From: Candidatus Tayloriibacteriota bacterium
Lineage (GTDB): Bacteria > Patescibacteriota > Minisyncoccia > Phycocordibacterales > PALSA-1337
NCBI GenBank assembly: GCA_016215455.1
Contig: JACRJP010000004.1
Location: 155,787-219,786 of the forward strand
DNA: 64,000 nucleotides
Direction: 5' to 3'
The position numbers and the translations under genes are program-made. The notes beneath the pieces were generated by a model. The model ran no database searches and was not told where the DNA came from. It saw only the letters and a program-made list of their open reading frames with translations. Below are positions 30,038 through 39,516 of the stretch, piece after piece. Each line of letters starts with the position of its first letter. Position 1 is the stretch's first letter.

Positions 30038-31621
30038 GACCCGCGGCACGTCAGTGTCGCGGGCTGCTTTGTGGAAAGATTCCCTTAGGGTCTAACCATG
30101 CGATAGAACTTGAGGTCACTTTCCGTATCGAACTTGTAACCACGAAGACCATCCTCAGCCATGGAAAGCGTTTCGATGAGACTCCATGACTTGAGGTCAG
30201 GCGAGCCTTCGAGACGATAGGCTGTATCCGGCTGTCCCGACATGAGAATGTTCACGTAAGTGAAACCTGCGGGAGCCAGACTGATACTGACCGTCGCGGG
30301 CCACACGTAAGGATCGAGGTTCATGCCGTTAAGCGTCGCACGCGTAATGGGTCCAACAAAACCTGTTGCTGGAATTCCGTTAGCAGCTTGAAATGCTTTG
30401 ACTCCTGCTTGGGTAAGTTCACCGAAGTAAGGGCTGCCATCCACCTCATACGTCTCGAGGGAAACACCCAAGAACCGTTGCAGGATGAGCACGTCATAAC
30501 CAACACTGCCGACAGTCAGATTCGTCGCAAAAAGGAATCGTGCAAGCGACCTGACTACGATACCTTGATTGGCATTGTTGATCGTCGGCAGAAGTTGATA
30601 TCCCAACGCGTCCGTAGCTGTTCCAAAAGAACCACATTCCGCACTCAGGGTTACCCCTGTCGGGAAATTCGTTCCGAGGATACCCGTCACGATGAACTGA
30701 TGAATCCCCTTCGGAATCTTGATATCGCCATTGAAGACGACTCCGCTTGAAACCTTGTTGTCAAAGGGTATTGCATCAAAGGATCCACCGATCTGCGTGC
30801 CATTTTCGTCGGTCAGGGTAATTGATTGAGTGATAGCCCTCTCACCCCCCGACAAATTGAACGCGACAGAAAAATACGGAATTGTGACATCCGTGCCCTC
30901 CACGGTTACCGTAAACTTGGCAAGCACAACAGGATTTGTGCTTCCTTGCACCGATGTAGGCGCAGTGGTATTTTGAATGTCGAGCTTTCCTACAACGACG
31001 TTGGTATCGATCGTGTAGAAATTTCCACGAATCGGGAACGGAGTTGCAAATGTGACCCGATCAGACAACTCAGTGAAATATCCATCAGCCGCAGCTCCGA
31101 CGACTTCGAGTCCAACATTTTGCCCTTGGAAGAGCGTGAGATCGGAAGCGAATTGGGCGGAGATGACTACGGTATTGGTCTCACCCTGCGTGAGAAATAT
31201 CGGGCCCACGAGTATGGGAGAGTGAGGAAGAAATCCAAAAGGACCTCGACTTATCTCCTTCAGGTCACTTCCGACATAAATGCCGGTCATAGGATTTCCA
31301 TTCCATAGTGAGTTTCCCATTGGTTGCACTGCAAGATACAGCGGCGGAGGGAACTTTTTGTCGCTCTCAGTCACGAGGACCGTGAGCATGGGCACAATAG
31401 CCCCCTGGGCAGCCGACATAAGTGGTGGTTGATTGGTCGTCTCCAGGATGGAGAACGTGGTGGCATAGACACGGAGGAAGCTCACAAGAGCCAGGACCAA
31501 CAATGAGATCTTCATGGTTTTCAGTGAACAGACGTTATAGTGATATTCAAGGCTTCTACGCATAGGCGTAAAAATCAAGAATCTGCCAAATATTATACCA
31601 TATAATACTACATATAGTCAA
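30030..31621 (-). other. Orphan transcription unit 7
   Basis: Minus strand: TTGACT 31621-31616, 18 nt, TATAAT 31597-31592, AGA at 31584, ORF, GC-rich hairpin at about 30039-30064, TTTTATTT 30037-30030. Confidence 0.75.
30085..31515 (-). CDS. Secreted beta-rich protein with a peptidoglycan-binding domain and a Verrucomicrobia-like C-terminal module
   Basis: Signal peptide MKISLLVLALVSFLRVYA; PG_binding_1 pattern (GYDVLILQRFL..FGELTQAGVKAFQ..GFVGPITR); C-terminal YRLEGSPDLKSW...FYRMV. Confidence 0.75.
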   Translation of the reverse strand: MKISLLVLALVSFLRVYATTFSILETTNQPPLMSAAQGAIVPMLTVLVTESDKKFPPPLYLAVQPMGNSLWNGNPMTGIYVGSDLKEISRGPFGFLPHSPILVGPIFLTQGETNTVVISAQFASDLTLFQGQNVGLEVVGAAADGYFTELSDRVTFATPFPIRGNFYTIDTNVVVGKLDIQNTTAPTSVQGSTNPVVLAKFTVTVEGTDVTIPYFSVAFNLSGGERAITQSITLTDENGTQIGGSFDAIPFDNKVSSGVVFNGDIKIPKGIHQFIVTGILGTNFPTGVTLSAECGSFGTATDALGYQLLPTINNANQGIVVRSLARFLFATNLTVGSVGYDVLILQRFLGVSLETYEVDGSPYFGELTQAGVKAFQAANGIPATGFVGPITRATLNGMNLDPYVWPATVSISLAPAGFTYVNILMSGQPDTAYRLEGSPDLKSWSLIETLSMAEDGLRGYKFDTESDLKFYRMVRP

Positions 31622-31663
31622 TCTTCTAGAAGTAACAAAAACCATCACTGATTGTCTGTAAAG

Positions 31664-31690
31664 AAGCAATATTTAAGCTACAAAATAAAA
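31664..31690. repeat. 27-bp direct repeat, copy 2
   Basis: 26/27 identical to 30011-30037. Confidence 0.9.
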
Positions 31691-32028
31691 ATCGAGGACC
31701 ACTAAGGCACTCTTCCTAACACAACCACGAGAAAGGCATCAATGAAACCGAGACAGAGGCTCTTGGGCAAACTCACCTTTCCATAGCCAAAGCAATGTAA
31801 ACTCGACCATCGTGCCATGAAGGCAACAAAGCCGGCGATGATATGCGTGAGGACCAAAAGCGGCACCAAGAGCTCACGGTTTTGCTTGCCGCACAAAACA
31901 GCAAGACCCACCATCAAACCAACAACATACACGATGACCACACGGTCACCTCTATTTAAGGGAATTATTCTCATGGGAGTAGCAAAGAATTCTAGAGATG
32001 TAATATCATATATATAAAATAAGTTCAA
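31683..32028 (-). other. Orphan transcription unit 8
   Basis: Minus strand: TTGAAC 32028-32023, 17 nt, TATTAC 32005-32000, AGA at 31993, ORF, TTTTTATTT 31691-31683. Confidence 0.65.
31702..31974 (-). CDS. 90-aa 3-TM hypothetical protein
   Basis: Start moved to MRIIP (31974), downstream of the predicted promoter; three hydrophobic segments. Confidence 0.6.
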   Translation of the reverse strand: MRIIPLNRGDRVVIVYVVGLMVGLAVLCGKQNRELLVPLLVLTHIIAGFVAFMARWSSLHCFGYGKVSLPKSLCLGFIDAFLVVVLGRVP

Positions 32029-32032
32029 CAAC

Positions 32033-32060
32033 AAAAAACAGCCATCTCTGGCTGTCTTTT
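32033..32060 (-). terminator. Intrinsic terminator after rpoC
   Basis: ACAGCCA/TGGCTGT stem followed by a T-run on the minus strand. Confidence 0.8.
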
Positions 32061-32082
32061 GTTAAACGTATATTTTCTAAAA

Positions 32083-35000
32083 CTATTCCTCAATCACCTC
32101 TTCCCCTCGTGGTTGTGCTGCTTCAATCATCTTCTGCTTTGGACTTCCCTTAAATCCACTACCAGCAGGGATAAGACGACCGATAATAACGTTTTCCATG
32201 AGACCTGAAAGATGATCATCTGAACCACGGAGCGCACTGTGGATGAGAACTCGGTTTGTGTGCTGGAATGATGCAGCTGCCAACCAACTCTTTCGAGAAA
32301 GTGAGAGCTCCGTAATACCCATCACTACACCTTCAGTTTTTGCCTTCTCACCACCCGCCTCAACCGCTGTTGCATTCTCATCTTCAAGAAGACCTGAGTC
32401 AACGATTTCACCCATTGCGAAGTCAGTAGCTCCTGACTCAACAACTCGCTGTCGTGAGAACATCTGTCGTACGATAATTTCGATATGCTTTCGTGACACT
32501 GTTTCTCCCTGAAGTTCATAAATCTTTGAAACTTCCTTAATAACATATTCACGAGCCTTTTCCTTACCACCATACTTGAACACCTCATCAATTTCAGCAG
32601 AACCGTCAGTAATGATATCTCCCTTCTTTACATGTTCACCAACCTTAACGAGTGGCATACGCTTGTAATGGAATGAGTATTCAACTTCTGAAGCTCCCTT
32701 CTTTGCTTTAGCTCGATCTTCGAGATCAGCGATAACCTTAATGATTTTTTCTTTTCCGAGATCCTTCACTTCAGAAACTGTACCATCAACAGTAGCAACT
32801 ACTGCAGGATTCTTTGGCTTTCGCTTTTCGAAGATTTCTTCAACTCGAGGGAGACCTGAAGTAATGTCTCCGCCAACAGACGCTGTACCTCCGGCGTGGA
32901 ATGTACGCATTGTGAGCTGTGTTCCTGGTTCACCGATCGCCTGAGCAGCAACTGTACCTACAGCTTCACCGAGATCAACCGGCTTGTTCTTACCAAGATC
33001 AAGTCCGTAACACTTTGCACATACACCTCGAACACTTCGACAAACAAGAGGTGAGCGAACTGCAACTTCACTCACACCTGATTCTTCAATCTTCTGTGAA
33101 TCCGCCTTTGAAAGAAGGTGTCCCTTCTTAAAGAGAACATTTCCTTTCGCGTCAGCAATATCAGTTGCAAGATTTCGTCCTCGAATGTTCTTTGAGAGAG
33201 CGATTTCAATACCTGATGCTGTTTCCTTTCGGATACTAATAGATTCTTTTGTACCACAATCATCTTCCGCAACCATCACGTCCTGTGCCACAACGAAGAG
33301 CTTTCGAGTAAGGTAACCGGCCTTAGCAGTGTTAAGTGCTGTGTCAGTAAGACCCTTTCGAGAACCGTGAGTTGTAATAAAGTATTCAAGAGGTGTAAGA
33401 CCTTCCTTTGAACATGAGAGAATTGGGAATTCAATTGTATCTCCAGAACCTGAAGCAATAAGACCCTTCATACCCGCCATCTGTGTAATCTGAGCAAGAG
33501 AACCTCGAGCTCCAGATGTCACCATGTCGTAGACTGATCCCATTTTATTAAGAGAAGCTGGAATGAGTTTTTCAACATCACCCTTAGCCTTGTGCCAAAT
33601 TTCAACATTCTTTCGAAGTCGTTCTTCTTCTGTAAGGAGACCTTCGTTGTACTGATGCATAACGAGATCTGATTGAACCTTTGCCTTACCAATGATATCG
33701 AACTTTCCTTGTGGAATTTGTACATCATCAATACCCCAAGTTGTACCTGAGTATGTTGCGTACTTGAAACCGAATGCCTTTACCTTGTCGAGAATCGCTG
33801 GAATAGCATTTACTCCGTAACGACCGATCATGTCATCAATTGATGCTGAAAGTTTCTTTCGATCAATATCTTTATTGATGAATGGGTAATCAACTGGAAG
33901 GATCTGGTTGAAGAGGATTCGTCCAACTGTTGTTTCAAAAAGTTTACCTTCAAATTCTGCAAATTTTTCTCCTGCTTCTGGTCGAACCTTAATCTTTGCT
34001 CGGAGAGAAATATCACCGAAACTATGTGCGAGAATTGCACTTTCAGGACTTTCAAACACCTTACCTTCCCCCTTATCACCATCAACTGATTTTGTGATCC
34101 AGTAACAACCGAGAACAATATCAAGAAGTTTTGAAGCGATTGTAGGATCTCCGTTACCTGGCTTCAAGATGTTCTTATCAGCAGCCATGATTTCCTTTGC
34201 TTCCATCTGAGCTTCTGTTCCGAGTGGTACGTGAACGGCCATCTGGTCACCGTCGAAGTCAGCGTTGAACGCTGTACATACAAGTGGGTGAACTTGAATA
34301 GCGTTACCTTCAATGAGTACTGGTCGGAATGCCTGAATACCGAGTCGGTGAAGTGTTGGAGCACGGTTCAAGAGAACGTACTTACCAGCAATCACTTCTT
34401 CGAGAATTGCCCACACCTCTGGAATACCATCGTCAATGAGACGACCTGCTCCACGAATGTTGAACGCTAATTCTTTCTTCAAGAGTCCTGAAATAACGAA
34501 TGGTCGGAAAAGTTCCAATGCCATATGCTTTGGAAGACCACACTGGTCGAGAGCAAGTTCTGGACCCACAACGATCACTGATCGTCCTGAGTAGTCAACT
34601 CGCTTACCAAGCAAGTTTGCTCGGAAGAGACCTCGCTTACCCTTCAAGTTATCTGAGAGAGATTTGAGTGCTCGCTTCTGTGCCTGTGTACCTGCTGATA
34701 CTGCACTGTTTCCGTGTCGGATAGAGTTGTCGATAAGGGCATCAACAGCTTCCTGGAGAATACGCTTCTCGTTTCGGAGAATAACGTCAGGGGCCATGAT
34801 CTCCTTCAACTTCAAGAGACGATTGTTTCGGTTAATAACACGTCGATAGAGATCGTTAACATCTGATGTTGCATAACGTCCTCCATCAAGAGCAACCATA
34901 GGTCGAAGTGCTGGTGGAATAACTGGAATTCGAGTAAGGAACATCCATTCTGGACGAGCTCCTGACTTAATCATTGCCTTCAATACTGCAAGTCGCTTAT

Positions 35001-35757
35001 TAATCTTTTCTCGATCAAGTGAACTTGCTTTTTCAAGCTCTTTTTCAAGTCGTTCAACAAGAACCTTAAGATCAGTCTTCTTCAAAACATCGAAGATTGC
35101 TTCTGCACCAATTCCTGCTTCAAAGAGTACACCGTACTTCATTGAATACTTATGGAATTGAACTTCATCAAGAACAAGACCTTCATTAAGAGATTCGATC
35201 TCTCGACGAGCATTGAGAACGAGTTCCTTCAATGTTTCCTTTGTCTTATCATCCTGTGCTGTTTTTACCTTTGACTTATATTCTGAATCGAGATCCTTAA
35301 GGAAACGTTCTTTTTCTTCGTGATTAACCTTCGTAACGATGTATCCAGCAAAGTACACAACCTTTTCAAGTTCTGCTGCTGACATACCCATTACAAGACC
35401 AATACGAGATGGCATGTTGCGAAGGAACCAGATATGAGAAACTGGTGTCGCAAGCTCAATATGTCCCATTCGCTCACGTCGAACAATTGATCGAGTTATT
35501 TCAACTCCACACTTTTCACAAACAATTCCCTTATAGCGAATACCGCGGTACTTTCCACAGTAACACTCATAATCTCGATCTGGACCGAAGATCTTTTCAT
35601 CAAACAAACCACTCTTCTCACTTCGCTGTGTACGATAGTTAATCGTCTCAGGCTTTGTAATTTCTCCGAATGACCACTCAAGAATGCGCTCAGGTGAAGC
35701 TAGCGACAATCCTACGAGTTCAAAGTCATTTGGTTCTGAATGTTTTTGGTTTATCAT
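32083..35757 (-). CDS. rpoC: RNA polymerase beta' subunit
   Basis: NADFDGDQM catalytic motif, N-terminal zinc finger, GEPGTQLTMRTFH. Confidence 0.99.
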   Translation of the reverse strand: MINQKHSEPNDFELVGLSLASPERILEWSFGEITKPETINYRTQRSEKSGLFDEKIFGPDRDYECYCGKYRGIRYKGIVCEKCGVEITRSIVRRERMGHIELATPVSHIWFLRNMPSRIGLVMGMSAAELEKVVYFAGYIVTKVNHEEKERFLKDLDSEYKSKVKTAQDDKTKETLKELVLNARREIESLNEGLVLDEVQFHKYSMKYGVLFEAGIGAEAIFDVLKKTDLKVLVERLEKELEKASSLDREKINKRLAVLKAMIKSGARPEWMFLTRIPVIPPALRPMVALDGGRYATSDVNDLYRRVINRNNRLLKLKEIMAPDVILRNEKRILQEAVDALIDNSIRHGNSAVSAGTQAQKRALKSLSDNLKGKRGLFRANLLGKRVDYSGRSVIVVGPELALDQCGLPKHMALELFRPFVISGLLKKELAFNIRGAGRLIDDGIPEVWAILEEVIAGKYVLLNRAPTLHRLGIQAFRPVLIEGNAIQVHPLVCTAFNADFDGDQMAVHVPLGTEAQMEAKEIMAADKNILKPGNGDPTIASKLLDIVLGCYWITKSVDGDKGEGKVFESPESAILAHSFGDISLRAKIKVRPEAGEKFAEFEGKLFETTVGRILFNQILPVDYPFINKDIDRKKLSASIDDMIGRYGVNAIPAILDKVKAFGFKYATYSGTTWGIDDVQIPQGKFDIIGKAKVQSDLVMHQYNEGLLTEEERLRKNVEIWHKAKGDVEKLIPASLNKMGSVYDMVTSGARGSLAQITQMAGMKGLIASGSGDTIEFPILSCSKEGLTPLEYFITTHGSRKGLTDTALNTAKAGYLTRKLFVVAQDVMVAEDDCGTKESISIRKETASGIEIALSKNIRGRNLATDIADAKGNVLFKKGHLLSKADSQKIEESGVSEVAVRSPLVCRSVRGVCAKCYGLDLGKNKPVDLGEAVGTVAAQAIGEPGTQLTMRTFHAGGTASVGGDITSGLPRVEEIFEKRKPKNPAVVATVDGTVSEVKDLGKEKIIKVIADLEDRAKAKKGASEVEYSFHYKRMPLVKVGEHVKKGDIITDGSAEIDEVFKYGGKEKAREYVIKEVSKIYELQGETVSRKHIEIIVRQMFSRQRVVESGATDFAMGEIVDSGLLEDENATAVEAGGEKAKTEGVVMGITELSLSRKSWLAAASFQHTNRVLIHSALRGSDDHLSGLMENVIIGRLIPAGSGFKGSPKQKMIEAAQPRGEEVIEE

Positions 35758-35771
35758 GGTAGTCGTTATAA

Positions 35772-38700
35772 TTATTCTTCTCCTGTAAACGCTTCATCTC
35801 CCTTTTTCTTAAGCTCGACATCGAGAGCAAGTCCTCTCAAACTCTTAAGAAGCACATTGAATGACGCAGGGATGTTTGGCTGACGCAAACGTTCACCCTT
35901 AACAATAGAGTCGAATGCTTGTGATCGTCCGACAATGTCGTCTGACTTGATCGTGAGCATTTCTCGAAGAGTATATGCTGCACCGTGACCCAAAAGTGCC
36001 CACACTTCCATTTCTCCAAATCGCTGACCTCCTCCTTGTGCCTTACCTCCGAGTGGCTGCTGAGTAATGAGAGAGTAGGGACCAATAGAACGCATGTGAA
36101 TCTTATCTTCCACCATGTGGTGAAGTTTCAAGATGTACATATATCCAACTGCAACTGGCTGCTGGAATTCATCTCCAGTTCGGCCATCGCGAAGCTTCAT
36201 CTTTCCTGAAGCATCAAATCCTGCTTTAACCAATTCTTCTTTGATTTCGGTATCTGTCGCACCTGCAAATGGAGGTACGATAGCCTGATAATCAAGTGTG
36301 TTTGCTGCGAGACCCAAGTGGAGCTCGAGAATCTGACCGAGGTTCATACGTGATGGCACACCAAGTGGTGTAAGGATCATGTCGACTGGTCGACCATCTG
36401 CCATGTATGGCATATCTTCTTCAGGAAGAATTCGTGAGATAACACCCTTGTTACCGTGTCGTCCAGCAAGTTTGTCACCCACTGAAACGTTTCGAACTTC
36501 AGCAACTTCAATGTAAATCTTCTTAATGATTCCTGATTCAAGCTTGTCACCCTTCTCTCGTGAGAATACCTTTACTGAAATAACACGACCTCGCTTTCCA
36601 CCTTCCATTCGCTTTGAAGTATCTTTTACGTCACGAGCCTTTTCACCGAAGATTGATCGGAGAAGTCGTTCTTCTGGAGTGAGTTGAGTTTCGCCCTTTG
36701 GAGAAATCTTTCCAACAAGAATATCGCCTGGTCGAACTTCTGCACCAACTCGAACAACACCGTCTTCTGCGAGGTTCTTGAGCTTTGCTTCACCAACGTT
36801 TGGAATGTCACATGTTGTAACTTCAGGACCGAGCTTTGTATCTCGAACGTTAACAACGAATTCTTCAATATGGATTGAGGTAAACTTACTTGCCTTTACA
36901 AGTCGTTCTGAAATGATGATGGCATCTTCGTAGTTTGATCCAGACCATGACATGAAAGCAATGAGTGCGTTTTGTCCAAGTGCTACTTCTCCACCATCTG
37001 ATGTTGAAGTATCAACAAGTACATCACCCTTCTTTACTTTCTGACCAAGAGAAACGATAGGTCGCTGATGGAAAGCAGTGAAACCGTTTGTTCGCTGGAA
37101 GTGGATAAGAGAATACTTATGTTCTTGCTTCTTTCCCTTAAGTACCACTTCTCGAGCATCAACAGCAATGATCTCTCCATCTTCTGGAGCAACGAAGATA
37201 CGTCCTGTATCAACAACAGTTTTCTTTTCAATACCTGTCGCAACAAGTGGAGCTTCTGGAATGACACATGGTGTCGCCTGCTTCTGCATGTTTGATCCCA
37301 TGAGTGCTCGGTTTGCATCGTCGTGGTTCAAGAATGGAATAAGAGATGTAGCAACTGAGAATGCTTGGTTTGTTGCAACGTCGATGAAGTCAACTTCTTC
37401 ACGTGGACAAAGACCCGGCTTACCATTCAAACGAACTTCTACTTCGTCGATAGTAATCTTTCCCTTATCGTCACATGGAGTTGCTGCGTGAGCAATCTTA
37501 AAGTTTTCTTCTTCAAGTGCATTGAGATATACAATTTCTTCTGTAACCTTGCCTCCCTTTACCTTTGCGTACGGAGTTTCGATCATACCGAAATCGTTGA
37601 TGCGAGCATATGTCGCAAGACGAAGTACGAGACCGATGTTCGGACCTTCTGGTGTGTGGATTGGACAAAGTCGGCCGTAGTGTGAAGGATGAACGTCACG
37701 AACTTCGAAACCAGCTCGTTCTCGTGTAAGACCTCCGGGACCGAGAGCTGTAAGTGTTCGCAAGTGTTCGAGCTCAGCAAGAACGTTTTCCTGGAGCATG
37801 AACTGTGAGTTCTGGTTTGTTGTGAAGAATTCCTTAATACGAGCCTGGAGAGGTCGTGGGAATACGAATTGAACTGGCATAGTTACATCAGGGTCGACTG
37901 TCGACATTTTGTCCTGAATGTTTCGCTTCATCTGAGTCATACCAACACGAACTTTTTGCTGAAGAAGTTCTCCGGCATATCGCACACGTCGAGAACCGAG
38001 GTGATCGATATCATCTTCGATTGCGTCTGGTGTGTTGTTGAGTTCTACAATGTGAGCAATGATAACCGCCAAGTCATCGAGATTAATCGTCTTTCGTTCA
38101 AGTGCCTTTTCATCCATAGGCTTCTTGAAACGCTTATTGAAACCAAATCGTCCTACTCGAGAGAGGTCGTAACGATCTGAGTTGAAAATACCACCGATAA
38201 ATTCCTTAGCATGTTCTGGAGTAGCAATATCACCATCTCGAAGTCGCTTGTAGATTTCTACATATGAGTCATCTGTAGTCTTAGCATGATCCTTAGCAAG
38301 AGTGATCTCCATTGCCTGACGTGCCGCTTCATTTCCTTTGAAGAGATCCATGATCACCTCAGTAGATTCAGCACCAAGAATACGAAGGAGTGATGAGATC
38401 GCGAACTTTCGCTTCTTATCGATTCGTACATATATAGCACCATCAGCGTCAGACTCAATTTCAGTCCAAACACCTCGTGCTGGGATAATCTTCGCACCAA
38501 AGTAATTCTTACCCTTAGTTTCTGAAGCGGTGAAGAAAATACCGAACGAACGAGCAAGCTGAGGAACGATAACACGTTCAATACCATTGATAATGAATGT
38601 ACCGTGCGGAGTCATCAAAGGGAAGTCAGCAAGGAAAATTTCTTGCTCCTTTGTTGAATCAAGCATCTTATTCTTCAACTTTACCTTTGCCTTAAGCTGA

Positions 38701-38948
38701 CCTTCATATGACAACTTATTAACCTTCGCATAGTTCTCATCGTACTTCGGCTTTGAAAGCTCGAAGCTTGTAAATGAGAGTTCGAACTTTTTCTCAGCGT
38801 AATCTCGTATTGGAGAAAACTCTTTGAAACTTTCCTCAAGACCTTTTTCGATAAGCCAATTAAACGAGGTGATTTGTGAATCAACCAAGTTTGGCATCGT
38901 CGTCAAAGGCTGTTTGAACCGGCCGAAATATTTTTTCGTGATTTTCAT
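35772..38948 (-). CDS. rpoB: RNA polymerase beta subunit
   Basis: GDKLAGRHGNKG, GGQRFGEME and RALMGSNMQ motifs. Confidence 0.99.
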   Translation of the reverse strand: MKITKKYFGRFKQPLTTMPNLVDSQITSFNWLIEKGLEESFKEFSPIRDYAEKKFELSFTSFELSKPKYDENYAKVNKLSYEGQLKAKVKLKNKMLDSTKEQEIFLADFPLMTPHGTFIINGIERVIVPQLARSFGIFFTASETKGKNYFGAKIIPARGVWTEIESDADGAIYVRIDKKRKFAISSLLRILGAESTEVIMDLFKGNEAARQAMEITLAKDHAKTTDDSYVEIYKRLRDGDIATPEHAKEFIGGIFNSDRYDLSRVGRFGFNKRFKKPMDEKALERKTINLDDLAVIIAHIVELNNTPDAIEDDIDHLGSRRVRYAGELLQQKVRVGMTQMKRNIQDKMSTVDPDVTMPVQFVFPRPLQARIKEFFTTNQNSQFMLQENVLAELEHLRTLTALGPGGLTRERAGFEVRDVHPSHYGRLCPIHTPEGPNIGLVLRLATYARINDFGMIETPYAKVKGGKVTEEIVYLNALEEENFKIAHAATPCDDKGKITIDEVEVRLNGKPGLCPREEVDFIDVATNQAFSVATSLIPFLNHDDANRALMGSNMQKQATPCVIPEAPLVATGIEKKTVVDTGRIFVAPEDGEIIAVDAREVVLKGKKQEHKYSLIHFQRTNGFTAFHQRPIVSLGQKVKKGDVLVDTSTSDGGEVALGQNALIAFMSWSGSNYEDAIIISERLVKASKFTSIHIEEFVVNVRDTKLGPEVTTCDIPNVGEAKLKNLAEDGVVRVGAEVRPGDILVGKISPKGETQLTPEERLLRSIFGEKARDVKDTSKRMEGGKRGRVISVKVFSREKGDKLESGIIKKIYIEVAEVRNVSVGDKLAGRHGNKGVISRILPEEDMPYMADGRPVDMILTPLGVPSRMNLGQILELHLGLAANTLDYQAIVPPFAGATDTEIKEELVKAGFDASGKMKLRDGRTGDEFQQPVAVGYMYILKLHHMVEDKIHMRSIGPYSLITQQPLGGKAQGGGQRFGEMEVWALLGHGAAYTLREMLTIKSDDIVGRSQAFDSIVKGERLRQPNIPASFNVLLKSLRGLALDVELKKKGDEAFTGEE

Positions 38949-38989
38949 TATTCGGTTATATTATTTCTCACACATTTGAGACCCAAAAG

Positions 38990-38998
38990 TTATCCACA
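38990..38998 (+). promoter_or_regulatory. Perfect DnaA box in the rpoB leader
   Basis: TTATCCACA; a single copy, so the function is uncertain. Confidence 0.45.
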
Positions 38999-39154
38999 GT
39001 CCCCTTAACGCAAAAATACCTTTCCGGGATGAAAACGTCGGAAAAGGTTGTGGGTTTAAAGGATTGTAGAGCGTGGGTTGCTCAAAAAGGACCAATTTAA
39101 GCCTTGTAATCCTTCATGCGGCGGGCGTGACTCAATCAGCTGAAGTTGAGATGA

Positions 39155-39183
39155 ACTCTATAGGAAGACATGATGTTTGTCAA
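39155..39183 (-). promoter_or_regulatory. Sigma70 promoter upstream of rpoB with a ~200-nt leader
   Basis: TTGACA-17 nt-TAGAGT on the minus strand. Confidence 0.6.
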
Positions 39184-39218
39184 CAAAGCTTTCTCTCCTA
39201 TTCCCCTACAATCTAACT

Positions 39219-39516
39219 AAATAAAAATAAAGCATGTCATCACCAGTGGTAGCTAGGAACACAGTCTAGCTTTCTGAACAATCCCCAAACGAGTTTTCGT
39301 GCCGGGTTTGAGACGTGCGCTTGCAAAGATCTTGACCGGCGCATCAGAGGAATGATGTCCATTACCAAGACCTTTACGGACCGCCTTATCGTGAGCTTGG
39401 CGAGATTTACTACCCGCCCGACGAGTGCCATTGTGGTGTCGCTTCATACAACATAAGGGAGAACTGAACTACTTCCGCTAGAATACGATGATAAGCAAAA
39501 TAAAAAAATGTGTCAA
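39219..39516 (-). other. Orphan transcription unit 9b
   Basis: TTGACA 39516-39511, 17 nt, TATCAT 39493-39488, AGC at 39479, ORF 39447-39253, TTTTTATTT 39227-39219. Confidence 0.7.
39253..39447 (-). CDS. 64-aa basic micro-protein
   Basis: Arg/Lys/His-rich; has its own promoter and end motif; shares R[LI]KPGTK with its neighbour. Confidence 0.6.
   Translation of the reverse strand: MKRHHNGTRRAGSKSRQAHDKAVRKGLGNGHHSSDAPVKIFASARLKPGTKTRLGIVQKARLCS

Noticed and set aside
30085-31515. Contaminating or misassembled fragments as the explanation for the GC-rich islands
   Set aside because: The islands are gene-sized, precisely intergenic and share boundary motifs, which chimeric assembly would not produce; read mapping would settle it
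38990-38998. Replication origin
   Set aside because: Only one perfect DnaA box was seen, with no cluster and no dnaA nearby
39240-39431. Alternative 63-aa frame overlapping the 64-aa micro-protein
   Set aside because: The 39253-39447 frame has the first ATG after the leader and shares the KPGTK motif with its neighbour
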